Shown here: in pieces, positions 12,401 to 24,612 of the stretch
How the letters are laid out: each line of letters opens with the position of its first letter
Numbering within the stretch: the stretch's first letter is position 1
Assembly: GCA_965112735.1 (NCBI GenBank)
Contig: OZ218959.1
Location: 744,001-808,000 of the forward strand
Source: Phaeosaccion multiseriatum
Taxonomy: Eukaryota; Protista; Ochrophyta, other classes
Direction of reading: 5' to 3'
Length of the DNA: 64,000 nucleotides
Position numbers and translations under genes: made by a program
The notes under the pieces: generated by a model
The model's database searches: none
What the model saw: only the letters and a program-made list of their open reading frames with translations
Told to the model about the DNA's origin: nothing

Positions 12401-13118
12401 GCAACTCACACAAGCGCAGGTCGACACGATGGCTGAGGGGCTGCAGCAAATTCGGGAGCAGTTACGTACACGGGTCGAGGAGCACCTCTCCAAGATCAGG
12501 GAGCGCAAGCGTGATGGCATCAATGCGCGTCTGTTGCAGGGGCGGCGTGGCGCCGAGCACAGGAAGGATCTTGATCGCGCGCGCGAGCTCGCCAGCGAGT
12601 CAATTTTCCAACCTGGAGTATTTGTGACGGTGGCGTCAGTGGGGCCTACGAGCAAGGTCGTTGGCCGATGGCATGGTCCTTGCCGAGTGACTGAGGCTCT
12701 CGAGCACCACGTATATCGCATTGAGGAGTTAGTGGGACAGAAGCGCACTTTGGACGTGCACATCAACCGGCTACGCTACTACTGCGACAATGATGTCAAT
12801 CTTACTACCGACGTCCTCCACCAGATCTCACACAGCACTCAGAGTTTCGTAGTCGAGTCTTTTGAGGGGCTGGTTAGGCGTGCTGATGGCAGCTGGTTCT
12901 TAATCGTCAAGTGGAGAGGCTTCGACGCAGTCGAGAACAGCGAGGAGCCCATCGAGCAGCTTATGGCGGATACACCCCAAGCAGTGGAGCAGTATCTCGC
13001 CAAGCATCCGGACAAACAGCGAATCAGCGCAGTCCGAGCCTACTTGCGGGCCCTCTCGGAGCGGAACGCAGAGCGGGTAGTAGCGCCCAAGCGCAAGCGT
13101 ACGCGCAAGAAGCGGTAA
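9443..13118 (+). pseudogene. pol: Pol part of family B (RT, RNase H, integrase, chromodomain), separated from gag
   Basis: RT (LVCDLR, PQG, YIDN), RH (FADASD), IN (HHCC, WFD..SDRG..GER), chromodomain FLIVKWRGF; the ORF-track start at 9285 is read-in from Ngaro B2. Confidence 0.92.
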
Positions 13119-13421
13119 GCGTTGCGTTAGGTACTGGGATAGTTTCTTTCCTCTTTTGACGGCTCGGGCTGTCGCTTGGGGGTAGTGTGCTATTGTCCTA
13201 TACAGTGTTGGTCATACATTCAGGGGTCACAGAAATCTGAGTGTAACCTTCATGGACACCCCTGACCCAGGGGGGATAGATAGAAAGCGTGTGGAGAGCA
13301 CTCTTTTTCTTGCAAGCTCTAAGTGAGTAGTAAAGACTTAATACGGACACCGACGCCCCACCAGAGGCGCGGCGAATACTTGGTCCAAACCCCTTAAGCT
13401 TTTCTACGTCAGCTTAGCACA

Positions 13422-14225
13422 ATGCCGGCTTTGGGCATTTTTGATCCCAGCACAGATGTTTGAGCCAGATTGGGCCATTTGAGCCCATCCAAGGCCCCAC
13501 TTGGCGCTTTTGTGGCAATGTAGTATCTCAGTTGGGCCTGTTGTGCTGAGCCAATGCCCGACGTGGGCATGTTGTGGCCAGCAAACGCGTCGTTCGGGCT
13601 GTGTGTGCGCCACAAATGCCGGCTTTGGGCATTTTTGGTCCCAGCACAGAGCCAGATTGGGCCATTTGAGCCCATCCAAGGCCCCACTTGGCGCTGTGGT
13701 GGCAATGTAGTATCTCAGTTGGGCCTGTTGTGCTGAGCCAATGCCCGGCGTGGGCATGTTGTGGCCAGCAAATGCGTCGTTCGGGCTGTGTGTGCGCCAC
13801 AAATGCCGGCTTTGGGCATTTTTGGTCCCAGCACAGAGCCAGATTGGGCCATTTGAGCCCATCCAAGGCCCCACTTGGCGCTGTTGTGGCAATGTAGTAT
13901 CTCAGTTGGGCCTGTTGTGCTGAGCCAATGCCCGGCGTGGGCATGTTGTGGCCAGCAAACGCGTCGTTCGGGCTGTGTGTGCGCCACAAATGCCGGCTTT
14001 GGGCTTTTTTGATCCCAGCACAGAGCCAGATTGGGCCATTTGAGCCCATCCAAGGCCCCACTTGGCGCTGTTGTGGCAATGCAGTATCTCAGTTGGGCCT
14101 GTTGTGCTGAGCCAATGCCCGGCGTGGGCATGTTGTGGCCAGCAAACGCGTCGTTCGGGCTGTGTGTGCGCCACAAATGCCGGCTTTGGGGCATTTTTGG
14201 TCCCAGCACAGATGCTTGAGCCAGA
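13422..14225. repeat. Satellite block 2 (~4 monomers)
   Basis: Same 187/194-bp unit, resuming in phase after the TSD. Confidence 0.97.
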
Positions 14226-16013
14226 TGTTGGAAGGCCTCAGAGTGAGAAGGACCATAAGTCAATGGTCGGTGTGTCCTATATTACGTAGATTCTGAGTGG
14301 AGGAGGACGTCAGAACGGTGATCTTGGTATAAGGAGAGCCTAGCAGCAGGGCTTGCAAACGGGTTCCATCCCATATACTATATCAAGTGTTACCACTTGT
14401 CTAAGCGGCTTAGGTCGCTTTTACAACCCGTTTTGACACAATTGCTGGTGAGGATATCCGAAAAACAAAGGAAGGAGAGGAAGGAAGGACAGGACCGGGA
14501 AGGCAGGAGGCACACAGGCCATCTAGGACCAAACTCGGAGGCGGTAGGCAGTACCAGCACACGGCCTACAGGGGACAGTGGCTGCCACAGCGGTGGGCAG
14601 AGGATAGGCAGCAGGCAGGGAGCGAACAGCAGAAGCGGCATAGCAGTGTGGAGGTGACGTGAGGGGCGCTCGGTCGGCCACAGCGGCACCCATGGCGGAT
14701 TCTCCCACCAGTGTGGTCCCGAGTGGTGTTCGGACTCGCGCCCAGCGCGCTGCCGCTGAGGAAACACGTGCTGCAGGCGAGGCTTCCCTGACGGGGGCGA
14801 GCACGGGCCTTTGGGGGCAGCGGTTCCGAGGAGCCGCTCATCCCCCCCTTAACTACTGCTGAGTATCTAACTACCCAGTACTAAAACTAATCTAGATGGG
14901 TGGGTGGGTGGAAAAGAAAAAACCTTGGGCTAGACGTGAGGACCATCTTCACACACGTAATCAAGCCCAGGCTCTCAAACTTCTACTAGATGCGTGTGCG
15001 TAGCGCAAGCCCTTGCGACAGTTAGCATTGGGGGCACCTCATGTGTTTGCGACAGGTAGCATGACACAAGTAAGCACACAGCATCTTCACCCTCACAAGA
15101 GAAGCAGTCGGGCCCTACTGCGATCCTTGCTTTCCTACACCATCAGTCTCTACTCTCCTCCCTGCTTGGCTGTACACGCTCCCGCACCTGCTCTCGATCT
15201 CCTCCAATCACGGTAGCGTGGCGAGTACAGCAGGGCTCCTCCTCTTCTGAGCTCCAGCAGAAAATCCAAATCCGCTGTTTTCCATCTGCTGCCATAAATA
15301 TACTTTCTATCCTACCAGCTCCCTCGGGGTCCACGCACACGCGCTCACGCTCCCCCCTCCTCGGCTCTCAATACCCTGTTTCTCCGTCGACTCCACTCTG
15401 CGAGAACAGAACTTCCGTGGCTTCGCTGCTGAAGCAGCGGGCACCCATGGCGGATTCTCCCACCAGTGTGGTCCCGAGTGGTGTTCGGACTCGCGCCCAG
15501 CGCGCTGCCGCTGAGGAAACACGTGCTGCAGGCGAGGCAACAGCGACGGTCACGCCCCCATCTACTCCTCGTACGTCAGGATTTCTCCAGCGTCTCTCTG
15601 GTGGTCTCACTGGGTTCCTCTCTCGGCAGTCGGCGGCCCTCTCGGCGGCTGACGAGGCGGAGGTGGACGCTCAGGCTGAGCGGGATGTGGACCGGGTTAT
15701 ACAGGCGGGCGATATGCATGCGGCTGCCCTCGAGGCTGATGCCGCGGCTGGAGCGGTGGAGGAGGAGGAGGAGGAGAATTCGGAGGAGGAGGAGGAGGAG
15801 GAGGAGGAGAAAGGAGGAGGAAGGGACGGCTTCGGCGGCAGCGGGGATGGCAGGGGGTACTGTGGGCGCTGTGGCAGACGGCAGGGCTGCGACTGCTGCA
15901 GCCCCGACGGTAGCGGAGGCAGCGGGCGGCATCGCTGTCGGTGACGGGTTGGGGGTGCAGCAGCGGTTGCTAGCGGCTCAGATGTTGGGGCTGCAGCAGC
16001 AGATGGCCAGTTT
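14226..16013 (+). mobile_element. Probable 5' fragment of another LTR element (family C): candidate LTR ~14226-14440 plus a low-complexity gag-like N-terminus (ATG 14692/15448)
   Basis: Starts tgttgg at a satellite break; possible end ...gacaca 14440; Ala/Glu-rich frameshifted ORF; no second LTR to confirm. Confidence 0.4.
14784..15440 (-). mobile_element. Ngaro family 3 fragment (A2 plus start of B2) flanked by a 98-bp direct duplication
   Basis: Minus strand begins ccgctgcttcagcagcgaagccacggaagtt (homologous to the A-repeat start of families 1/2) and has the ccacccaccc..ttagttttag A2 end; duplication 14686-14783 = 15441-15538. Confidence 0.75.
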
Positions 16014-16015
16014 GC

Positions 16016-16819
16016 ATGCTTCGTCAGCTCACCAATCTCACCCGAGGCTGTGGTACGGGTCGTTTTGCCGGGCGTACGAAGCTCTTTCTGGACGACGACG
16101 CCCTGTTCGACCTCCAGCGCTGGCGGCATCTTATCTGCGTGTGGGGGGTGAAAGATCCCTCTATCCTGGTGTGCCCTTTGGAGCTACTAGTCCCTCGCCA
16201 ACCGGACGTTTGCCTCGACGGAGACGCGTCTGACTGGGGAGGGGGAATTGTATGGGCAGAGGCCTCCATGTTCGCACAGTGGCGCTGGCCTGCGGAGGTA
16301 GTAGCCCGACACCATACGGTCCCGAAATTGATCACTGTAAACGATTTGGAGATGGGCGTGATCGTTACGGGCCTCTGCACCTTCTGGCTCCAACATCCAA
16401 CAGCTTTCGACCTCTCAGCGGTGCTAGTGCGTGGTGACAACACCAGCAGCTTGTCCTGGGTAGAGAACCAGGGGGCCCCCAACAGCTCCATCAGCAACGG
16501 CTTGGCAGGGCTGGTGGGCCTCCTGGAGATCGGTGCTCGGTGCAGACTCGACACCGTCCATGTCCCCGGACGCATCAACCTTATCCCCGATGATCTCAGC
16601 CGTGATTGGATTGAAAATCTCATCGGAACTGACCGCTCCTCCCCCATTGCCCCTCACCTACAGCCCCTCACTCAGTGGACGCAAATCATGCCGGACTCAA
16701 TCGTTTTGGACGCGGTCTTCTCAGCTCTGCTCGGGCAGCCGCAGCAAGCGGTCTCCGCCCTAGCACCCTGGATCGCTACTCATCGGTCCAACGTCAATGG
16801 ATGGAGTTCTGCCAACTAG
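16016..16819 (+). pseudogene. C-terminal RT/RNase H fragment of Ngaro-2
   Basis: DGDASDWGGG, NDLE, RGDN, HVPGRINLIPDDLSR motifs. Confidence 0.88.
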
Positions 16820-17805
16820 TGGAGGTACCACCTCTACTTTTCGGAGACGATGACCCCCGGAACTCGGAAATCTTCATGGCTTTTCTGGCGTGGTGTCGTG
16901 AGGAGAAGGGCAACAAGGCGGCGACGTTGGAGGGGAAGGGACCGGCGGTGAATGCTCTGTTTTCTCGGGAGGGGATGAAAGGCCCCGCGGTGGGCAAGCA
17001 GGTGCAGTTGGTTCTCCGGAGTTACAGACTCACCGATGGCGACTCCATCCCGCAGCTTCCGGTGGATGTAGCTCTTCTAGAGGCTACCAGAGGCGTGCTC
17101 AGCACGGAGGGGAGGAAGGGTACCATGCTCTGGGCGCTCATCCGGTTGGGGTGGTTTTTTCTGATGCGTGTGAGCGAGTTTGCCCCCTCCAATACGAGGG
17201 GGAACACAGACGTGCGCTACATCCTAACCCCCCCCGATGTCTCGTTCACAGACGCCTCGAACCGGGTCTACTCAGGGAGAGAAGCCCTTGCAGCCGTCGG
17301 CCGAGGGGTGCGGATGCTGCGCGTGACTTTGGCTTTCACAGGCAGCAAGACAGATGCGTTCAGGAAGGGAGAGGCACGTACGCACCAGAGGACAGGCGCC
17401 CCCACGCTTTGCCCGGTACTCGCTGCTGTAGATGCGCTCCGCTGCCACTTCGGCGGAGAGCAGGTACGCCCTCGAGAAGTTGGGGAAGGGCACACTCTCC
17501 TCGCTTCCTACATCGACGAGACGGGGCGAAGGACATCCGTCACTTCCCACCAGGTCAGCAGAGCCCTCAAGGCGGGAGCAACGAGAGCTGGGAGGGACCC
17601 CAACCGGATCAGCGCTCACTCCCTGCGGAGTGGAGGTGCTACAGCCCTTGCAGCTGGCGGAGCAGACTGGCGCGCACTCCAGTTTTGGGGGCGCTGGTCG
17701 TCGACGACGGCTTTCCAGTACGCCCACAGGACAGTCCAGGAGGCTCTTGGCTGGGCGGGCCGCATGCTGACGGCGGATACGACTCCCCCACAGGTACACG
17801 GATGA
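16675..17805 (+). CDS. Tyrosine recombinase of Ngaro-2 (start codon uncertain)
   Basis: FLMRVSE...SKTD...SAHSLRSGGAT...GRWSS...FQY catalytic residues. Confidence 0.92.
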   Translation: MDANHAGLNRFGRGLLSSARAAAASGLRPSTLDRYSSVQRQWMEFCQLVEVPPLLFGDDDPRNSEIFMAFLAWCREEKGNKAATLEGKGPAVNALFSREGMKGPAVGKQVQLVLRSYRLTDGDSIPQLPVDVALLEATRGVLSTEGRKGTMLWALIRLGWFFLMRVSEFAPSNTRGNTDVRYILTPPDVSFTDASNRVYSGREALAAVGRGVRMLRVTLAFTGSKTDAFRKGEARTHQRTGAPTLCPVLAAVDALRCHFGGEQVRPREVGEGHTLLASYIDETGRRTSVTSHQVSRALKAGATRAGRDPNRISAHSLRSGGATALAAGGADWRALQFWGRWSSTTAFQYAHRTVQEALGWAGRMLTADTTPPQVHG

Positions 17806-19113
17806 AAGGGGGGTGAAGCGGGGCGTAGGGCACTCACCATGGTGACTTCCCTACCTTCCGCTACATCCGAAATGCAGTGTCCGCCCTCTGTGATAGAAGC
17901 GGCCTTCTTCTGAGACCAACTGGCCTCCGAAGAAGGAGCCCCTCACAGGGCTGCACTCTCCTAATGAAGAGTCCTTCCCCCAACATCCCAAGCTCTTGAC
18001 TCACCGGCGCCCCATTCACAACTGACGACTGTGTGGATGAGGAGCCCTCCCACTTGCTCACTCACAGCTGGCGACGCCCTGGATGTCGAGGTCCGTCACT
18101 TCCCGCGACGACACTGAGGAGCACCTGTTCTTCCCCCGGCTCTCGCCGACGACAAGGGAGGAGGCCCCTCACCGCATTCCCGCCCCCACCCGAGCGCCAC
18201 GACGGCGCGAAAGCCTGTTCAGCAGCGCAGCAACGGAACTTTGTTTCTCGCGGAGCAGAGACGAGGGAGTGGGCGGGAGGCAACGAGGGCCCGAGGTGCA
18301 GTGCCGCGGCCGGTCCAGCCCCGAGGGGAGCGGCCTCTCCCCCGGGGAAAACCCATATACTTGCAGATATTACTCTTGTACCAAACTTAGGAATTTAGAA
18401 GAGGAGGAGCCTTGGAGTGTGTTGCCGCCTACTGAAGCAACGGAGCCAGTGCACAGGTAAGGCGGGACACACTGCCAAGGAGGAGAGGTAGATACTGGTG
18501 AGGCGGAAAGCAAGCCTCTGTCCCGGGCCCGGGCAGAGCGCTTTGTGTTGGCCAAGGGGATCCGCCTGGTGTTGCGAGCCGGGATCCTCGTGGGCGAGAG
18601 AAGGAGAGATAGGGAGACTGTGCCTGGTGTTGCGTGCCGGAACTCTTCTTTTCTTTCCCACCCACCCACCCTCAGTCTTAGTTTTAGTTTTAGATACTCT
18701 TTATTAACTACGGGGTGAAGCGGAGCGTAGGGCACTCACCATGGTGACTTCCCTACCTTCCGCTACATCCGAAATTCAGTGTCCGCCCTCTATGACGGAG
18801 GCGGCCTTCTTCTGAGACCAACTGGCCTCCGAAGAAGGAGCCCCTCACAGGGCTGCACTCTCCTAATGAAGAGTCCTTCCCCCAACATCCCAAGCTCTTG
18901 ACTCACCGGCGCCCCATTCACAACTGACGACTGTGTGGATGAGGAGCCCACCCACTTGCTCACTCACAGCTGGCGACGCCCTGGATGTCGAGGTCCGTCA
19001 CTTCCCGCGACGACACTGAGGAGCACCTGTTCTTCCCCCGGCTCTCGCCGACGACAAGGGAGGAGGCCCCTCACCGCATTCCCGCCCCCACCCGAGCGCC
19101 ACGACGGCGCGAA

Positions 19114-22100
19114 TGTAGTATCTCAGTTGGGCCTGTTGTGCTGAGCCAATGCCCGGCGTGGGCATGTTGTGGCCAGCCAATGCGTCGTTCGGGCTGTGTG
19201 TGCGCCACAAATGCCGGCTTTGGGCATTTTTGGTCCCAGCACAGAGCCAGATTGGGCCATTTGAGCCCATCCAAGGCCCCACTTGGCGCTGTTGTGGCAA
19301 CGTAGTATCTCAGTTGGGCCTGTTGTGCTGAGCCAATGCCCGGGGTGGGCATGTTGTGGCCAGCAAACGCGTCGTTCGGGCTGTGTGTGCGCCACAAATG
19401 CCGGCTTTGGGCTTTTTTGATCCCAGCACAGAGCCAGATTGGGCCATTTGAGCCCATCCAAGGCCCCACTTGGCGCTGTTGTGGCAATGTAGTATCTCAG
19501 TTGGGCCTGTTGTGCTGAGCCAATGCCCGGCGTGGGCATGTTGTGGCCAGCCAATGCGTCGTTCGGGCTGTGTGTGCGCCACAAATGCCGGCTTTGGGCA
19601 TTTTTGGTCCCAGCACAGAGCCAGCTTGGGCCATTTGAGCCCATCCAAGGCCCCACTTGGCGCTTTTGTGGCAATGTAGTATCTCAGTTGGGCCTGTTGT
19701 GCTGAGCCAATGCCCGGCGTGGGCATGTTGTGGCCAGCAAACGCGTCGTTCGGGCTGTGTGTGCGCCACAAATGCCGGCTTTGGGCATTTTTGGTCCCAG
19801 CACAGAGCCAGATTGGGCCATTTGAGCCCATCCAAGGCCCCACTTGGCGCTGTTATGGCAATGTAGTATCTCAGTTGGGCCTGTTGTGCAGAGCCAATGC
19901 CCGGCGTGGGCATGTTGTGGCCAGCAAACGCGTCGTTCGGGCTGTGTGTGCGCCACAAATGCTGGATTTGGGCATTTTTGGTCCCAGCACAGATGTTTGA
20001 GCCAGATTGGGCCATTTGAGCCCATCCAAGGCCCCACTTGGCGCTGTGGTGGCAATGTAGTATCTCAGTTGGGCCTTTTGTGCTGAGCCAATGCCCGGGG
20101 TGGGCATGTTGTGGCCAGCAAATGCGTCGTTCGGGCTGTGTGTGCGTCACAAATGCCGGCTTTGGGCATTTTTGGTCCCCGCACAGATACTCGCGCCAGA
20201 TTAGGCCATTTGAGCCCATCCAAGGCCCCACTTGGCGCTGTTGTGGCAATGTAGTATCTCAGTTGGGCCTTTTGTGCTGAGCCAATGCCCGGCGTGGGCA
20301 TGTTGTTGCCTGCTGAAGCAGCGGTCGTTCGGGCTGTGTGTGCGCCACAAATGCCGGCTTTGGGCATTTTTGGTCCCCGCACAGATACTCGCGCCAGATT
20401 AGGCCATTTGAGCCCATCCAAGGCCCCACTTGGCGCTGTTGTGGCAATGTAGTATCTCAGTTGGGCCTTTTGTGCTGAGCCAATGCCCGGCGTGGGCATG
20501 TTGTGGCCAGCAAACGCGTCGTTCGGGCTGTGTGTGCGCCACAAATGCCGGCTTTGGGCATTTTTGGTCCCCGCACAGATGCTTGAGCCAGATTGGGCCA
20601 TTTGAGCCCATCCAAGGCCCCACTTGGCGCTGTTGTGGCAATGTAGTATCTCAGTTGGGCCTGTTGTGCTGAGCCAATGCCCGGCGTGGGCATGTTGTGG
20701 CCAGCAAACGCGTCGTTCGGGCTGTGTGTGCGCCACAAATGCCGGCTTTGGGCATTTTTGGTCCCAGCACAGATGCTTAAGCGAGATTGGGCCATTTGAG
20801 CCCATCCAAGGCCCCACTTGGCGCTGTGGTGGCAATGTAGTATCTCAGTTGGGCCTGTTGTGCTGAGCCAATGCCCGGGGTGGGCATGTTGTGGCCAGCA
20901 AATGCGTCGTTCGGGCTGTGTGTGCGTCACAAATGCCGGCTTTGGGCATTTTTGGTCCCCGCACAGATACTCGCGCCAGATTAGGCCATTTGAGCCCATC
21001 CAAGGCCCCACTTGGCGCTGTTGTGGCAATGTAGTATCTCAGTTGGGCCTGTTGTGCTGAGCCAATGCCCGGCGTGGGCATGTTGTGGCCTGCTGAAGCA
21101 GCGGTCGTTCGGGCTGTGTGTGCGCCACAAATGCCGGCTTTGGGCATTTTTGGTCCCAGCACAGATGCTCGCGCCAGATTAGGCCATTTGAGCCCATCCA
21201 AGGCCCCACTTGGCGCTGTTGTGGCAATGTAGTATCTCAGTTGGGCCTTTTGTGCTGAGCCAATGCCCGGCGTGGGCATGTTGTGGCCAGCAAACGCGTC
21301 GTTCGGGCTGTGTGTGCGCCACAAATGCCGGCTTTGGGCATTTTTGGTCCCAGCACAGATGCTTGAGCCAGATTGGGCCATTTGAGCCCATCCAAGGCCC
21401 CACTTGGCGCTGTTGTGGCAATGTAGTATCTCAGTTGGGCCTGTTGTGCTGAGCCAATGCCCGGCGTGGGCATGTTGTGGCCAGCAAACGCGTCGTTCGG
21501 GCTGTGTGTGCGCCACAAATGCCGGCTTTGGGCATTTTTGGTCCCAGCACAGATGCTTAAGCGAGATTGGGCCATTTGAGCCCATCCAAGGCCCCACTTG
21601 GCGCTGTTGTGGCAATGTAGTATCTCAGTTGGGCCTGTTGTGCTGAGCCAATGCCCGGGGTGGGCATGTTGTGGCCAGCAAATGCGTCGTTCGGGCTGTG
21701 TGTGCGTCACAAATGCCGGCTTTGGGCATTTTTGGTCCCCGCACAGATACTCGCGCCAGATTAGGCCATTTGAGCCCATCCAAGGCCCCACTTGGCGCTG
21801 TTGTGGCAATGTAGTATCTCAGTTGGGCCTGTTGTGCTGAGCCAATGCCCGGCGTGGGCATGTTGTGGCCTGCTGAAGCAGCGGTCGTTCGGGCTGTGTG
21901 TGCGCCACAAATGCCGGCTTTGGGCATTTTTGGTCCCCGCACAGATACTCGCGCCAGATTAGGCCATTTGAGCCCATCCAAGGCCCCACTTGGCGCTGTT
22001 GTGGCAATGTAGTATCTCAGTTGGGCCTTTTGTGCTGAGCCAATGCCCGGCGTTGGCATGTTGTGGCCAGCAAACGCGTCGTTCGGGCTGTGTGTGCGCC

Positions 22101-23081
22101 ACAAATGCCGGCTTTGGGCATTTTTGGTCCCAGCACAGATGCTTGAGCCAGATTGGGCCATTTGAGCCCATCCAAGGCCCCACTTGGCGCTGTTGTGGCA
22201 ATGTAGTATCTCAGTTGGGCCTGTTGTGCTGAGCCAATGCCCGGCGTGGGCATGTTGTGGCCAGCAAACGCGTCGTTCGGGCTGTGTGTGCGCCACAAAT
22301 GCCGGCTTTGGGCATTTTTGGTCCCAGCACAGATGCTTAAGCGAGATTGGGCCATTTGAGCCTATCCAAGGCCCCACTTGGCGCTGTTGTGGCAATGTAG
22401 TATCTCAGTTGGGCCTTTTGTGCTGAGCCAATGCCCGGGGTGGGCATGTTGTGGCCAGCAAATGCGTCGTTCGGGCTGTGTGTGCGTCACAAATGCCGGC
22501 TTTGGGCATTTTTGGTCCCCGCACAGATACTCGCGCCAGATTAGGCCATTTGAGCCCATCCAAGGCCCCACTTGGCGCTGTTGTGGCAATGTAGTATCTC
22601 AGTTGGGCCTGTTGTGCTGAGCCAATGCCCGGCGTGGGCATGTTGTGGCCTGCTGAAGCAGCGGTCGTTCGGGCTGTGTGTGCGCCACAAATGCCGGCTT
22701 TGGGCATTTTTGGTCCCCGCACAGATACTCGCGCCAGATTAGGCCATTTGAGCCCATCCAAGGCCCCACTTGGCGCTGTTGTGGCAATGTAGTATCTCAG
22801 TTGGGCCTTTTGTGCTGAGCCAATGCCCGGCGTGGGCATGTTGTGGCCAGCAAACGCGTCGTTCGGGCTGTGTGTGCGCCACAAATGCCGGCTTTGGGCA
22901 TTTTTGGTCCCAGCACAGATGCTTGAGTTAGATTGGGCCATTTGAGCCCATCCAAGGCCCCACTTGTCGCTGTTGTGGCAATGTAGTATCTCAGTTGGGC
23001 CTGTTGTGCTGAGCCAATGCCCGGCGTGGGCATGTTGTGGCCAGCAAACGCGTCGTTCGGGCTGTGTGTGCGCCACAAATG
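19114..23081. repeat. Satellite block 3 (~20 monomers); from ~20055 a 780-bp HOR (194+198+194+194) repeated ~4 times
   Basis: Variant tgctgaagcagcg at 20311, 21091, 21871, 22651; ORF-track periodicity 780. Confidence 0.95.
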
Positions 23082-23295
23082 TGAGCCACCTGGAATGTGG
23101 GACAGACCACACACCCCAGACAACCAACAAGCAAGGGGTTCTTATCCTATGTAGAGCGTGTATTAGCTTTCCATATCAATCTCACTTTCCTATCTATCCT
23201 CCTCCTGCGACATGCCGTTCATATGAAGCTCGAGTTCCCCAAATGGCGACAATCCGGATTCGAACATACCAAACACCTTTGAGACTCCACAACTT

Positions 23296-24612
23296 GTGTC
23301 GTCCGAGATGAAACCGCTGTGTACTCGCAATGCTGTCTGCCAACGACCCATGCCTTCCTTGCTCGCTGCGCCCCTCCTGTTGTACGGGGCTTCTCTGTTG
23401 TGGCCACAGGTGGAACAGCCGCTTCACACGCCACCTCGAGGCGTCAACCACCATCAAAGCAGAGCTCACCGGTTCCTTGTCATAGCCCGAACACCTGCCC
23501 CGTATCCATGCGGCCGCCGCTGCCACACTCACGAACTCCTTCGCCGTGGCTCCCGAGGCTCTTGCTGCTTGGCTGAGAGCCCCTTTTCACTCACTTCTGC
23601 TGCTGCCCTTCTCCCACACGCAAAACGTCTCCAAAGGCGAGGAAGAGGAAAACAAGGCCACCTCCCAGCGATCCTTTCGCAGCCATAGCACTCACTCCCA
23701 TACTACACACCAACTGTCCGTGCGCCCGTGCCCTCCGGCTGCAGCGACACCACTGCGCGCTGCTGCTGCCCACACAATACCTCCCCCCCTGAAAGCCCCC
23801 CCTGAGTCCACCTGCCCTGTTGCATCTCCGTCGGATACGATCGTCGATACGTGGGGCTCTCAGCTGCGGCATCTCCGTCCAACACGATACGCGGGGCTCT
23901 CATCACCATCAGGACCAGCCACGGCGGGAGGATCTTTCACCCCCCAACCTAAAAGATCCGCCACCGCCGCAGCGACGCCACAACCAGGCGGGCTGGGGAA
24001 GGGAGGAGACGGAGAGGCTGGGGTGGACGGACCCCGCGAAACTAATGGAGAGGAAAGGGCGACGAGCTAACGTGGAAGCCCCGTCACCGGCGAGAGAAGA
24101 AAGAAAAAACCTTTTGCCCGGCGAGAGCTCCATACTACACCAGGCTAAGGGTCTCTCACTTCTACTAGATGCGTGTGCGTAGCGCAAGCCCTTGCGACAG
24201 TTAGCATTGGGGGCACCTCTTGTGTTTGCGACAGTTAGCATGACACAAGTAAGCACACAGCACCTTCACCCTCACAAGAGAAGCAGTCGGGCCCTACTGC
24301 GATCCTTGCTTTCCTACACCATCGGTCTCTACTCTCCTCCCTGCTTGTACACGCTCCCGCACCTGCTCTCTATCTCCTTCAATCACGGTAGGGTGGCGAG
24401 TACAGCAGGGCTCCTCCTCTTCTGAGCTCCAGCGGAAAATCCAAATCCGTTGTTTTCCATCTGCTGCCATAAATATATTCTATCCTACCAGCCCCCCTCG
24501 GGGTCCACACACGCGCTCACGCTCCACCCTCCTCGGCTCTCAATACCCTGTTTATCCGTCGACTCCACTCCGCGAGAACAGAACTTCCGTGGCTTCGCTG
24601 CTGAAGCAGCGG
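23296..24612 (-). mobile_element. Ngaro-3 non-autonomous fragment (A1, RH remnant, cargo) flanked by a 71-bp direct duplication
   Basis: 24163-24612 matches 14983-15440; 23770-23980 resembles the RT/RH at 120-270; duplication 23225-23295 = 24612-24682. Confidence 0.72.

Larger units (their letters stand above)
3542..13421 (+). mobile_element. Ty3/Gypsy chromovirus family B, copy 1 (disrupted by the Ngaro-1 insertion)
   Basis: LTRs 3542-3777 and 13186-13421 (tgtgcta...tagcaca/tagcata); 4-bp TSD atgc; ggggg tag PPT; gag-pol nearly identical to 48608..53722. Confidence 0.95.
16014..19113 (+). mobile_element. Ngaro family 2 copy a, 5'-truncated: RH, YR, B1 (17810-18211), A2 (18209-18711), B2 (18712-19113)
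   Basis: Split direct repeats; YR ORF; near-identical to 38414-40610 in reverse. Confidence 0.92.

Noticed and set aside
16675-17805. Phage/integron integrase or Crypton
   Set aside because: The YR overlaps an RT-RNase H ORF and is followed by B1-A2-B2 repeats, which identifies a DIRS-order retrotransposon
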